From contig JAURGZ010000004.1 of assembly GCA_030833525.1 (NCBI GenBank), positions 8,019-72,018 on the forward strand: a DNA stretch of 64,000 nt, in the 5' to 3' direction. The notes below the pieces were generated by a model, which saw nothing but the letters and a program-made list of their open reading frames with translations, was not told the origin of the DNA and did not search any database. The position numbers were made by a program, and so were the translations under genes. The stretch is from Bacteroidota bacterium. Its GTDB lineage: Bacteria; Bacteroidota; Bacteroidia; NS11-12g; UBA955. Below are positions 19,040 to 28,969 of this stretch, piece after piece (positions within the stretch are counted from its first letter, which is position 1; each line of letters opens with the position of its first letter).

Positions 19040-22000
19040 ATGCCTCAGTTTTCCCATTTACACGTACACACGCAGTATTCCTTGCTGGATGGTGCTGCGA
19101 ACATTCGCAAGTTAATTTCAAAGGCAAAAAACGATGAAATGAGAGCGGTGGCCATTACTGACCACGGCAACATGTTTGGTGCCTTTGAGTTTTACCAAGA
19201 GGCCAAGTCGCAGGGAATCATGCCCGTCATTGGCTGTGAATTTTATTTGGTAGAAGATCGGCACCAGAAAACCTTTTCTCAAGGTCAAAAAGACAAACGA
19301 TACCACCAGTTGCTGTTGGCCAAAAACCAGCAAGGGTATGAAAATCTGGCCAAGCTCTGTTCCCTGGGTTACCTCGAAGGGTATTACAGCAAGTATCCCC
19401 GAATCGACAAGGCCTTGCTGAAGCAGTACAAAGAAGGACTTATTGCTACCTCGTGCTGCATTGGAGCCGAAATTCCACAAGCCATTTTATGGAAAGGAAT
19501 AGAGGCTGCCGAAGAACTCTTCAAAGAGTGGCATGAGATGTTCGGCGATGATTTTTATGTGGAATTGCAGCGCCATCACTTGTGCAACCTGGATGGAACG
19601 GGAATTGACCAAGAAGATATCAATCAAACCCTGATTGGTTGGGCCCGCAAGTATCAGGTTCCCATCATCGCGACCAACGACTCCCATTACATCGAGAAAA
19701 TCGATGCCAATGCCCACGACATTCTCTTGTGCATCAATACGGGTGAGTTTCAATCTACCCCGAAGGCCACGAATGAGGAAAGCGGCCGGGGATACCGTTT
19801 TGCCTTTCCCAACGACGAGTTCTTTTTCAAGACCCAGTCTGAGATGGAGCATTTGTTTTCAGACATTCCAGAGGCCTTGGACAACACCAATCGCTTATTG
19901 GATAGCATTGTAATGCCCCAACTGGCAAGGGACATTGTTTTGCCGAATTACGCGCTTCCCGAAGGGTTTGAGAATCAGAACCAATACCTGGAGCATTTGG
20001 CTAGGCAGGGGGCTCGCAAAAAATACGGAGGAGTCATTCCCCAAAACGTAGAGGAACGACTCCAATTCGAATTGGGAACCATCACCCAGAGCGGTTATGC
20101 AGGGTACTTTTTGATTGTTCAAGATTTTACCACGGCCGCGCGCGAAATGGGGGTTTGGGTGGGCCCAGGCCGGGGTTCAGCCGCCGGATCCTTGGTAGCC
20201 TATTGTTTGGGCATAACCAACGTGGATCCTGTCAAGTACGACTTGCTGTTTGAGCGTTTCTTGAATCCTGAACGGGTGAGCATGCCTGACGTTGATATCG
20301 ATTTCGATGACGTAGGTCGTGACAAAGTCATTGATTATGTTGCCAAGAAATACGGGGAGCGCCGCATTGCCCAAATTGTCACTTATGGCACCATGGCCGC
20401 GAAAAGTGCCATACGAGATGTGGGAAGGGTATTGGAATATCCGCTGCCTGAAACCGACCGTCTGGCTAAACTCATACCGGGAAGTTTGGGTTTCAAGCAT
20501 TTGCTGCACACCTCGCCCGAAGAATTGGCCAAAGACGACTCCAAGAACCTCAAGACCGAAGAAATCGAGCAAATACGCGAGTTGCAACGGGTGTATTCAG
20601 GCTCTGATACCGCGGCCCAGGTATTGAAAGATGCTGAAAAACTCGAAGGCAGCGTGCGCAACACCGGGGTTCACGCCTGTGGCATCATCATTGCCCCCAA
20701 AGACATTGACGAGGTGGTGCCTGTGGCCAGAAGCAAAGACTCCCCTTGGATGCAGGTTCAATACGACGTGAACCAGATTGAAAAGGCGGGCTTGCTCAAA
20801 ATGGACTTTTTGGGATTGAGCACTTTGACCATTCTTAAGGATGCCATCGATTTGATCAAATCCAAACACGGGGTCGAAATTGTGTTGGACGACATTCCCC
20901 TTGATGACGCTAAAACATACGAGCTGTTTCAACGGGGAGAAACCAACGGCATCTTCCAGTTTGAAAGCCCTGGTATGCAGAAGTACATGCGCGAACTTCA
21001 GCCCACCCAATTTGGTGACTTGATCGCCATGAATGCCCTGTATCGCCCCGGTCCCCTGAAATACATTCCCGACTTCATCGATCGAAAACACGGCCGCAAA
21101 CCCGTTGAGTTCGACCTGCCTGAAATGGAGGGGTACTTGAAGGAAACCTATGGCATTACGGTATACCAGGAGCAGGTCATGCTTTTGAGTCAGGTACTGG
21201 CCGGTTTTTCCAAAGGGAAGGCCGATGCCCTTCGAAAGGCCATGGGTAAAAAGAACAAGAGCATCATCGATGAATTGAAAACCGAATTCATGGAAGGAGC
21301 GACGGCGAAAGGTTATCCCGAGAAGGTGCTGGAGAAAATCTACTCAGACTGGGAAGAATTCGCCCAGTATGCCTTCAATAAATCGCATTCTACCTGCTAC
21401 GCCGTTATCGCCTTTCATACGGCTTATTTGAAGACCCATTACCCCGCTGAATTCATGGCAGCAGTGCTGAAGAGCAACATGGGTGACATCAAAAAAATCA
21501 CCTTTTACATGGAAGAAGCCCAGCGAATGGGCATCAAAGTTTTGGGGCCCGACCTGAACGAAAGCCGATCGGTTTTCACGGTGACTTCGAGTGGGGAGAT
21601 TCGCTTTGGATTGAGTGCCGTAAAGGGAGTGGGTGAAGGCGCGGTTGAAGAAATATTGCAAGAACGCGATAAAAATGGCGAGTTCGCGTCCATCTTCGAT
21701 TTGGTATCTCGCGTAAACCTGCGCAGTGTCAATAAGAAAAACTTGGAATCCATGGCCAAAGCAGGTGTGTTTGACTTCGATAAGCGCTACCACCGGGCTC
21801 AATACATATTGGCTGACTCAGAGGGTCGACTGGGGCTGGAATTGGCCATTCGGTACGGACAGAAAATCCAGGCCGACAAAATCAGCGGCCAAACCTCCTT
21901 GTTTGGAGCCGCATTTGGAGATTCAACCCAAGAAAGCGAACCCAAATTGCCCAACATAGCCCCGTATTCCTTGCTCGATGAACTCAAGCTGGAAGAAGAA

Positions 22001-22642
22001 GTCATTGGCATTTTCTTGTCCCGGCACCCGCTCGATGACTTTAAGTTCATGTATAATACCTTGACAACTACTTCCTTGAAAGGTTTAGCTGAGGCTCAGC
22101 AAGGCACTGTCAATCAAAACTTTGTTGTCATGGGAATTGTGACCCAGTCTAAGGAATTCATTTCTCAGAAAGGCATGCCTTACGGCCGTTTTACCTTGAT
22201 GGATTACAGCGGTTCTACGGAATTGGCTCTGTTTCGAGATACCTATATCAAGAACAAAGCCTTGATGGCCAAAGATTACATCTTGATCATCTCAGGGAGC
22301 TTGGAATACAACGAGCAAAAAGGAGAAATGCGCACCCAGATTCAGCAATTGACCTTAGCCTCAGATGTGCCGCCTGAACGCATTGTGGGCAACATTCATT
22401 TGGAATTGCTTCCCTCTGATTTGATCAATGGGAAATACCACATCATCAAAGAGATGGCAGAAGCCTATCCAGGGACCTGCAAAATGTGGGTGAAGTTCTA
22501 CGATCCGGTAGAGAACTACGATGTAGCGATGGTCTCTACAGGTGGATTGCGTATTTGCGATGAATTATTGCAGAGTCTAGAAGACATGGAAATCACCTAC
22601 CGATTGCAGGTGGATCCCCGCATATTGAAAACCACCGCATGA
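19040..22642 (+). CDS. dnaE: DNA polymerase III alpha subunit
   Basis: PHP HLHVHTQYSLLDG, GPGRGSAAGS, SMPDVDIDF, GVHACG, KMDFLGL, YAFNKSH. No intein seen. Confidence 0.97.
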   Translation: MPQFSHLHVHTQYSLLDGAANIRKLISKAKNDEMRAVAITDHGNMFGAFEFYQEAKSQGIMPVIGCEFYLVEDRHQKTFSQGQKDKRYHQLLLAKNQQGYENLAKLCSLGYLEGYYSKYPRIDKALLKQYKEGLIATSCCIGAEIPQAILWKGIEAAEELFKEWHEMFGDDFYVELQRHHLCNLDGTGIDQEDINQTLIGWARKYQVPIIATNDSHYIEKIDANAHDILLCINTGEFQSTPKATNEESGRGYRFAFPNDEFFFKTQSEMEHLFSDIPEALDNTNRLLDSIVMPQLARDIVLPNYALPEGFENQNQYLEHLARQGARKKYGGVIPQNVEERLQFELGTITQSGYAGYFLIVQDFTTAAREMGVWVGPGRGSAAGSLVAYCLGITNVDPVKYDLLFERFLNPERVSMPDVDIDFDDVGRDKVIDYVAKKYGERRIAQIVTYGTMAAKSAIRDVGRVLEYPLPETDRLAKLIPGSLGFKHLLHTSPEELAKDDSKNLKTEEIEQIRELQRVYSGSDTAAQVLKDAEKLEGSVRNTGVHACGIIIAPKDIDEVVPVARSKDSPWMQVQYDVNQIEKAGLLKMDFLGLSTLTILKDAIDLIKSKHGVEIVLDDIPLDDAKTYELFQRGETNGIFQFESPGMQKYMRELQPTQFGDLIAMNALYRPGPLKYIPDFIDRKHGRKPVEFDLPEMEGYLKETYGITVYQEQVMLLSQVLAGFSKGKADALRKAMGKKNKSIIDELKTEFMEGATAKGYPEKVLEKIYSDWEEFAQYAFNKSHSTCYAVIAFHTAYLKTHYPAEFMAAVLKSNMGDIKKITFYMEEAQRMGIKVLGPDLNESRSVFTVTSSGEIRFGLSAVKGVGEGAVEEILQERDKNGEFASIFDLVSRVNLRSVNKKNLESMAKAGVFDFDKRYHRAQYILADSEGRLGLELAIRYGQKIQADKISGQTSLFGAAFGDSTQESEPKLPNIAPYSLLDELKLEEEVIGIFLSRHPLDDFKFMYNTLTTTSLKGLAEAQQGTVNQNFVVMGIVTQSKEFISQKGMPYGRFTLMDYSGSTELALFRDTYIKNKALMAKDYILIISGSLEYNEQKGEMRTQIQQLTLASDVPPERIVGNIHLELLPSDLINGKYHIIKEMAEAYPGTCKMWVKFYDPVENYDVAMVSTGGLRICDELLQSLEDMEITYRLQVDPRILKTTA

Positions 22643-23526
22643 TTGTAGAGGGTTTTGCCATAGCGCGCAACGTGTTAAGGGCTGATTATCCGATTCAAGA
22701 GTCCCTGGAGTCCATTGCGCCCTTGTGCAGCCGCATTTCTGTGGCGGTAGGCCAATCTGACGATGGAACCCTGGAATTTTTGCAAAATCTGAAACACCTG
22801 TCTCTGAATCTGCACCAAACCCAATGGGATGAAACTTTGCGCACAGGAGGCCGTGTTCTGGCCGAAGAAACCAACAAGGCCAAATCATTGGTTTCTCCCG
22901 AGGCTGATTGGCTCATCTATATCCAAGCTGACGAATGCTTGCACCAGGACGATTATTCGCTGCTGCAGGCTGCTATGCGGCATTACCAAGACAGAGAAGA
23001 AATAGATGCCTTGTTGTTGAACTATCGTCATTTCTATGGATCCTATGCCTTTGAGGGAGATAGCCGGCGGTGGTATCGCAAAGAAATTCGCATCATCAAG
23101 AACAGGCCCGCTATATTTTCTTGGAAAGACGCTCAGGGATTTCGCAAACTACCCGCCCAAAAATTGCGGGTAGCCGAGGTGAACGCTACGGTCTTTCACT
23201 ACGGTTGGGTCAAAAACCCCGTACAGCAACAAATCAAGCAAAACCAATTTCACCGGCTCTGGCACAGCGACACAGAAGTCGCCAAACGAGTGGGCAGTCA
23301 GGCCCAGTTCGATTACAGTGAAATTGACTCCTTGCAGCTTTTTTCGGGGACCCATCCAGCGGTTATGGAAAAACGCATGGCCCGTATGGATTGGGAATTC
23401 ACAGCGCCGCTCGGCCGCAAAAACATGAACCTAAAAGACCGTGTGTTGCACGGGTTTGAAAAGATGACGGGAATTCGAGTGGGAGAGTACCGAAACTACA
23501 TTCGGGTAGACCGTTTTCAGCCTTAG
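22639..23526 (+). CDS. Glycosyltransferase family 2 protein
   Basis: GF...RN....YP..E, SDDGT, YIQADE (DxD-like), HYGWVK. ATGA overlap with dnaE. Confidence 0.8.
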   Translation: MIVEGFAIARNVLRADYPIQESLESIAPLCSRISVAVGQSDDGTLEFLQNLKHLSLNLHQTQWDETLRTGGRVLAEETNKAKSLVSPEADWLIYIQADECLHQDDYSLLQAAMRHYQDREEIDALLLNYRHFYGSYAFEGDSRRWYRKEIRIIKNRPAIFSWKDAQGFRKLPAQKLRVAEVNATVFHYGWVKNPVQQQIKQNQFHRLWHSDTEVAKRVGSQAQFDYSEIDSLQLFSGTHPAVMEKRMARMDWEFTAPLGRKNMNLKDRVLHGFEKMTGIRVGEYRNYIRVDRFQP

Positions 23527-24230
23527 GGCTGAGAATCCAGATGGGCGAATTTGTAACCCACCCCTCGCAAACTCAAGAAATAGGTGGGATTCTTGGGATC
23601 AGACTCAAAATACTTGCGAAACGCCAAGATGAAGTTGTCAATGGTTCGAGTAGATGGGAAAACGGTATAGCCCCAAACGGTTTTGAGAATTTCTTCCCGG
23701 GTCACCACCTCATTTTTTTTCTCAATGAGCAGTTTCAGCAATTGAGATTCTTTCTTGGTCAACTTGAATTTGCCCTGAACACCCACTGCTGCATACGATG
23801 AGAAATCCACGAAATTATTGCCAAAACTATATTCAGTCAGGGTCAAACGAGTGCTGTCTTTTTGGGTTCGGCGAATCAATTTATCGACCCTGAGCAACAA
23901 CTCTTCCAGCTCAAATGGCTTGGCTAAGTAGTCGTCTGCCCCTGATTTCAAGCCTTTGATGCGGTCCTGACTCTGATTCGATGCCGACAAAATCATGATG
24001 GGAATGTCATTGTTGGTCAATCGAACGTGTTGGATGGCCGTGAAACCATCCATTTTGGGCATCATGATGTCCATGATTACCAAGTCGAAACTTTCTGATT
24101 TGAGTTTCTGAATCGCCACAGCTCCGTGTGGGGCCGTAGCTACCTTGTATCCCTCTATCTCTAGATTCAGCTTCAAAAGTTCAGCCAAATCCATCTCATC
24201 TTCCACCACTAATACTCGGTAGCTTTTCAT
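23523..24230 (-). CDS. OmpR-family response regulator
   Basis: VVEDE, MDIMMP.MDG, GADDYLAKPF, winged helix RTIDNFI...RGVGY. Confidence 0.93.
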   Translation of the reverse strand: MKSYRVLVVEDEMDLAELLKLNLEIEGYKVATAPHGAVAIQKLKSESFDLVIMDIMMPKMDGFTAIQHVRLTNNDIPIMILSASNQSQDRIKGLKSGADDYLAKPFELEELLLRVDKLIRRTQKDSTRLTLTEYSFGNNFVDFSSYAAVGVQGKFKLTKKESQLLKLLIEKKNEVVTREEILKTVWGYTVFPSTRTIDNFILAFRKYFESDPKNPTYFLSLRGVGYKFAHLDSQP

Positions 24231-25384
24231 TCCATTCTAAAATCTTGAAGTTTAAATGCCAATCCAATGGATGTTCCTCGTGGTTGATGGTCTTCAATCA
24301 GAAGCTTGGCGCCGTGCAAACGAGCGATTTGGTTAACCAAATACAAGCCCAAGCCGGTTCCTTGTTGAGCTCGAGTATGTTCATCTCCAACCCTATAAAA
24401 CTTCTTCACTACCATCTTTCTTTCAGACCCTGCAATTCCGTATCCTTGGTCTATGACCCAGATAAAACCGAAATCGTTGCCTAGTTTGGATTCAATATTG
24501 ATAATAACGCAGTTTTCCTCACTATATTTTATTGAATTGCTAATCAAGTTCTGAATGGCTGTGGCCAACATGTTCATTTCTCCAAATACGTACAGATTGC
24601 TGGGGACATCAACCGATAGATTTTGTAGGCTCTCGGGATTCACCTGCGCCTGATTCAGGGCTTCGTTTATCACATCGCTGACGGCGATCCACTCGCGCTC
24701 AATCGCAAATACTTTGTTTTCGATGCGCGTGGCCAGTAAGACCTTGTCCATGGTTTTGGCTAAGCGATTCATGTTTTGCTTAGACAAAACCAGCATGCGC
24801 TCATTCACCTCTTTCTCGGGGCGTTTCAATGCCGTTTCGATGGCGAGTTTAGCGGCGGCAATGGGAGTTTTCAACTCGTGCGTTACAGCGAGTAGAAAGT
24901 TGGTTTGTTGTTGATTGAGCCTCAGAATGTTGTTGAGATTGCTCCAGAGCACAATCAAAATGCCAATAAGCAAAGCACCCAAGGTCATTCCCTCGGCCAG
25001 CCACTTGGTTTTGTTGCTCTTTTTTCGCTGTTCTATGTTCTGAATTTCTTCTTGAAATCCTTGAATCGACAAACGACCTTGGTCATCGGCCTGAACCCGC
25101 AGATGATGTTCGTTGTCATTCAAGTCTCCCAGCAATTGAGCGGTGTGGCAGGTATAGGTCGAATTTTTCCATTGCACAGCATCTTGGCCGGGGTAGGCCT
25201 GGGTGCGCAACAACAATTCCAACCGAGTTTCTACGTGCGCCAGATCACGGTTGAGCCAAGACTGCTCCAAGGCCACCGTTTTCTGCCCATACGCAATCAA
25301 GGACCAGGTCCACCATATAACGGCGAGAATCAAATAGGCCGTTACCAGCATCATTCCAATTTGGAGGCTTCTCTTGGATCGCAT
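24227..25384 (-). CDS. Membrane sensor histidine kinase
   Basis: Two TM segments, THELKTP, NLISNSIKY, DQGYGI, GTGLGLY. Confidence 0.92.
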   Translation of the reverse strand: MRSKRSLQIGMMLVTAYLILAVIWWTWSLIAYGQKTVALEQSWLNRDLAHVETRLELLLRTQAYPGQDAVQWKNSTYTCHTAQLLGDLNDNEHHLRVQADDQGRLSIQGFQEEIQNIEQRKKSNKTKWLAEGMTLGALLIGILIVLWSNLNNILRLNQQQTNFLLAVTHELKTPIAAAKLAIETALKRPEKEVNERMLVLSKQNMNRLAKTMDKVLLATRIENKVFAIEREWIAVSDVINEALNQAQVNPESLQNLSVDVPSNLYVFGEMNMLATAIQNLISNSIKYSEENCVIINIESKLGNDFGFIWVIDQGYGIAGSERKMVVKKFYRVGDEHTRAQQGTGLGLYLVNQIARLHGAKLLIEDHQPRGTSIGLAFKLQDFRME

Positions 25385-25457
25385 GATGCAAATATCGTTC
25401 GGCTGCTGTTGATATCTGTATATACAGAATTTGGGTAGAAGGTGTCAACTTAGCAGC

Positions 25458-26843
25458 ATGCATTCTTCTTTAGCCCATTTGTTGGAAATGACCTTGCCTG
25501 CAGGGTCCTTCAGTTTTGATGCAGCCGTTCGAAACGAAAATGGACAAGATTATACCGAAGATTTTGTGTTTTTACCCGAGGCCGTGGCTTGGCCCACAGC
25601 TGCAACTGAGGTTGCCGCTTTGTTAAAAGGATGCCAAGACTTGGAGATTCCCGTCTATACCCGTGGGGCGGGGACAGGCCTCTCAGGCGGCTGTTTGCCT
25701 GTTCACGGCGGATTGTTGATTTCCATGAAGCGCATGAATGCGGTGTTGGAAATTGACGATAAAAATGCTCAAGCGCGGGTTCAACCTGGCGTGATCAATG
25801 CGGTCTTGAAGCAACATGCACTTGAAAAAGGCCTTTGGTATGCCCCTGATCCAGCCAGTTTTGAAAGCAGCACCATAGGTGGAAACATCGCTCATGGAGC
25901 CGGTGGTCCCAAAGCCGTGAAATACGGTACGACTCGAGAACACATTTTGAACCTTCAGGTGGCTTTGCCCAACGGAGAATTGATTTGGACCGGGTCTGAT
26001 ACCCTGAAAAACGCCACGGGGTTTTCCCTAACCCAGCTCATGGTGGGGTCTGAAGGCCTATTGGGAATTGTAACCGAAGCGGTTGTCAAACTGCTGCGCA
26101 AACCGGCTCATGAACAATTGATGCTGGCCGCTTTCACAAGCGCTAGAGCCGCAGCAGAGTCGGTCAACTCCATTATAAACGAATCGCCCTATTTGCCATC
26201 GGCCTTGGAGTTGATGGAAAAGTCAGCCGTTGAAATCAGCAAAGAAGCGACCCAAACGGCATTTCCAACGCACGAACAAGCCGCTTTTTACCTGTTGATT
26301 TGCCTAGAAGGAGAGCAGCCTGCCGAATTAGAAGCGCAAGCTGAACAGCTGTTTGCTTACCTCGATCAATCGGGTGCACTCGAGGTGTGGATACCGGCCA
26401 GTCAAGAGCATCAAAACAATTGGTGGAAAGTGCGAAGAGCCATGGGAGAGGCCGTTAAGCAAATTTCAGTGTACAAAGAGGAAGATGCGGTCGTCCCCCG
26501 TTCCAAGATGCCTGAATTGTTGGAAGGATTGGAGCAACTTCAAAGGTCTTACGGGTTTCAATCGGTGTGCTACGGTCATGCCGGCGATGGAAATTTGCAC
26601 ATCAACATTCTTAAATCGCATTTAAGTGATGAAGAATGGAAAAACGAGATACCTAAAGCGATTAGGGAACTGTTTAAGCTATGCAAAACCCTAGGGGGGA
26701 CGCTCAGCGGTGAACACGGGGTGGGCCTGGTTCAAGCCCCGTATCTCCAAGAAGCCGTGGGTGCCGTGAACATGGAATTGATGCGCGGTATCAAAAAAGT
26801 ATTCGACCCCAAAGGCATTCTCAACCCCGGCAAATGGCTCTAA
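25458..26843 (+). CDS. FAD-linked oxidase (GlcD/D-2-hydroxyacid dehydrogenase family)
   Basis: RGAGTGLSGG, PDPAS, GGPKAVKYG, GSEGLLG, GHAGDGNLH, SGEHGVG, DPKGILNPGK. Confidence 0.9.
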   Translation: MHSSLAHLLEMTLPAGSFSFDAAVRNENGQDYTEDFVFLPEAVAWPTAATEVAALLKGCQDLEIPVYTRGAGTGLSGGCLPVHGGLLISMKRMNAVLEIDDKNAQARVQPGVINAVLKQHALEKGLWYAPDPASFESSTIGGNIAHGAGGPKAVKYGTTREHILNLQVALPNGELIWTGSDTLKNATGFSLTQLMVGSEGLLGIVTEAVVKLLRKPAHEQLMLAAFTSARAAAESVNSIINESPYLPSALELMEKSAVEISKEATQTAFPTHEQAAFYLLICLEGEQPAELEAQAEQLFAYLDQSGALEVWIPASQEHQNNWWKVRRAMGEAVKQISVYKEEDAVVPRSKMPELLEGLEQLQRSYGFQSVCYGHAGDGNLHINILKSHLSDEEWKNEIPKAIRELFKLCKTLGGTLSGEHGVGLVQAPYLQEAVGAVNMELMRGIKKVFDPKGILNPGKWL

Positions 26844-27136
26844 GAAGATGCATGCAAGATGTTGAAGGATGCTGCCTGCGGTCTCTGATCAAATAGAACC
26901 TTGGTTTTCGCCCAGGTCTCTTGAAAAAGCGCTGATGCTCTGTATGCGTTCAAATGCTCCTCTGACTTCCAAAAAGACAGGGTTTGAATGGAGCAATCGT
27001 CATCGACATCTTGCAGCAGTCGCAAGGATTCACATCCATTGAATGCCCGAATGGCATCTTTGCTGGCTTCGAAAACGGCTAAAAATTCAGAAACCGATTC
27101 GGGTTTGAAATGCATGCGAACTATGCGTATGATCAT
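26840..27136 (-). CDS. Antibiotic biosynthesis monooxygenase (ABM) family protein
   Basis: IRIVRM.F, IRAF.GC..L.L, S.W.SEEHLNAYR.S.LF...W. Confidence 0.85.
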   Translation of the reverse strand: MIIRIVRMHFKPESVSEFLAVFEASKDAIRAFNGCESLRLLQDVDDDCSIQTLSFWKSEEHLNAYRASALFQETWAKTKVLFDQRPQAASFNILHASS

Positions 27137-27930
27137 TCTTCTGAGAAATCTAATAACAACATTTTTCCTTCGTTCAAGGCCAAGTATTGCTGAGCAGAAC
27201 CCGCATTTACGGCAACTTGCATGAGGTCACCTAAGCCAAACAGCAATACAGCTTCTCCTTCTACTACATCATCGTAGTGATTGGAAACGCGATCCAAGTG
27301 AATCGAGTCACTTCTCAGAACGAAACGCTTGCCCCGGGTATAATGATCAAAGGCTGCTCGATCAAAATTCAGGTAGGCGTTTCCATGGCTATCGTTGTAC
27401 AGGACCGTAAGGCGAAGGGTGGTTCCAGAAAGGGTAGGCGCCAGCAAATTGGTGCTGACAATGTGGTCCTTGGGCTCAAACAAGTCATTCAAATTCCCAC
27501 TTTGGGCTACAATCTGAGTCAAAGCAGGCAAATAAACACTGGTCAAGGGGTCTGCAAAGGGTTCGACCACCGGCAAGCGATAATACTCGCTAAAGTCAGC
27601 CCCGAACAACAAGGTTAACAGGCCATTGTCAGGAGCTAAAAACAGCTGACCCTCGTTCCAAGCGGCCACAAACCGTTTGGGTTGCCGAGATTGGGTGCGA
27701 AAATGACAGAGGTGAATGGTTCCATTAGGGAAGTGGTTTTTGACCAATCGCAAGAAGATCGATTGAGCTTGCACATGGCCTTTCTTCATCGGTTGAGGAC
27801 TCAAAGCCAGGCGATGCTCGGGGAATAGATGCAGCAACTGAGCTTGTGCAACGGTGTATTCTGGGCTGTTGACACCAAAATCACACAAAAGATGCAAAAG
27901 TTTACCTGCTTGTTGCTGCCCTTCCCGCAT
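27133..27930 (-). CDS. SAM hydrolase/SAM-dependent halogenase (DUF62) family protein, divergent
   Basis: L.DFG, FP.GTIH, APDNGLL, Y.D.HGN, L.VAVN.GSA...L. Confidence 0.78.
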   Translation of the reverse strand: MREGQQQAGKLLHLLCDFGVNSPEYTVAQAQLLHLFPEHRLALSPQPMKKGHVQAQSIFLRLVKNHFPNGTIHLCHFRTQSRQPKRFVAAWNEGQLFLAPDNGLLTLLFGADFSEYYRLPVVEPFADPLTSVYLPALTQIVAQSGNLNDLFEPKDHIVSTNLLAPTLSGTTLRLTVLYNDSHGNAYLNFDRAAFDHYTRGKRFVLRSDSIHLDRVSNHYDDVVEGEAVLLFGLGDLMQVAVNAGSAQQYLALNEGKMLLLDFSEE

Positions 27931-27956
27931 ATTTGTACAAAATAACAGCAGTTCCC

Positions 27957-28934
27957 TTGGCAGAGAGCGTTTACAACCTTGAAATTATCAACCCTTTGGA
28001 TTTTTACGGTCCTGAAAACCGCAATCTTGATCTGATAAAATCCAAATTCCCCAAGCTTCAATTCGTGGCCCGCGGGGATGAAATCAAAGTATTTGGCGAT
28101 GACCAATCCCTACAACACTTCGAAGAAAAGATGCGTCTGTTGGAAAAATTGTACATACGAAGGGGAGAGTTGAGCGAACATGCTATTTCTGACATTCTGG
28201 GTGATTTAGCGCCCGAAGAAGTTCACGAAAATGGGGAATTAGCCGGGGAAGAGGTGCTGCTCATTGGTACCCGCGGTCAGAAAATCAAAGCCCGCACCAA
28301 AAATCAGCGCAAATTGGTGGAGGCGGCCCGTAAAAACGACATCGTTTTTGCCATGGGCCCGGCGGGTACGGGTAAGACCTATACGGCGGTAGCCATGGCG
28401 GTGTTGGCCTTGAAGGAACGTCAAATCAAACGCATCATCCTCACCCGACCTGCAGTAGAAGCCGGCGAGAATCTGGGTTTTCTGCCCGGTGATTTGAAAG
28501 AGAAAATCGACCCCTATTTGCGCCCTCTATACGACGCATTGGAAGACATGATTCCGAGTGACAAACTCAAGAGCATGATCGAAAGCCGCACCGTAGAGAT
28601 CGCCCCGCTGGCCTTCATGCGCGGGCGCACCTTGGACAATTGCTTCGTCATTTTGGATGAGGCTCAAAACAGCACGAATCTTCAGATCAAAATGTTCTTA
28701 ACCCGCATGGGGCCACATGCGAAAATGATCATCACCGGTGATATGACGCAGATTGACCTACCCAAAAAGAGCCAGAGCGGGCTAGGGAAAGCCATACGAC
28801 TCCTTAGGCCCATCAAAGGAATTGGCGTGATCGAACTGGATACCGAAGACGTAGTTCGGCACAAACTTGTCAAGGATATTATTCATGCCTACGACAAGGA
28901 TGCGGCATGTGAACAAGATTCTGCACAGGCATAG
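27957..28934 (+). CDS. phoH: PhoH family ATPase (YbeZ-like)
   Basis: GPAGTGKTY, LTRPAVEAGENLGFLPGD, APLAFMRGRT, DEAQN, GD.TQIDLP. Probable TTG start at 27957. Confidence 0.92.
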   Translation: MAESVYNLEIINPLDFYGPENRNLDLIKSKFPKLQFVARGDEIKVFGDDQSLQHFEEKMRLLEKLYIRRGELSEHAISDILGDLAPEEVHENGELAGEEVLLIGTRGQKIKARTKNQRKLVEAARKNDIVFAMGPAGTGKTYTAVAMAVLALKERQIKRIILTRPAVEAGENLGFLPGDLKEKIDPYLRPLYDALEDMIPSDKLKSMIESRTVEIAPLAFMRGRTLDNCFVILDEAQNSTNLQIKMFLTRMGPHAKMIITGDMTQIDLPKKSQSGLGKAIRLLRPIKGIGVIELDTEDVVRHKLVKDIIHAYDKDAACEQDSAQA

Positions 28935-28969
28935 GATTGCCTGCTAATTTTGTTTGCAATCCATCGATT

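Noticed and set aside
19040..22642. Possible intein or split in dnaE
   Set aside because: Length is about 1200 aa and the conserved motifs are contiguous; no intein splice or LAGLIDADG motifs seen.
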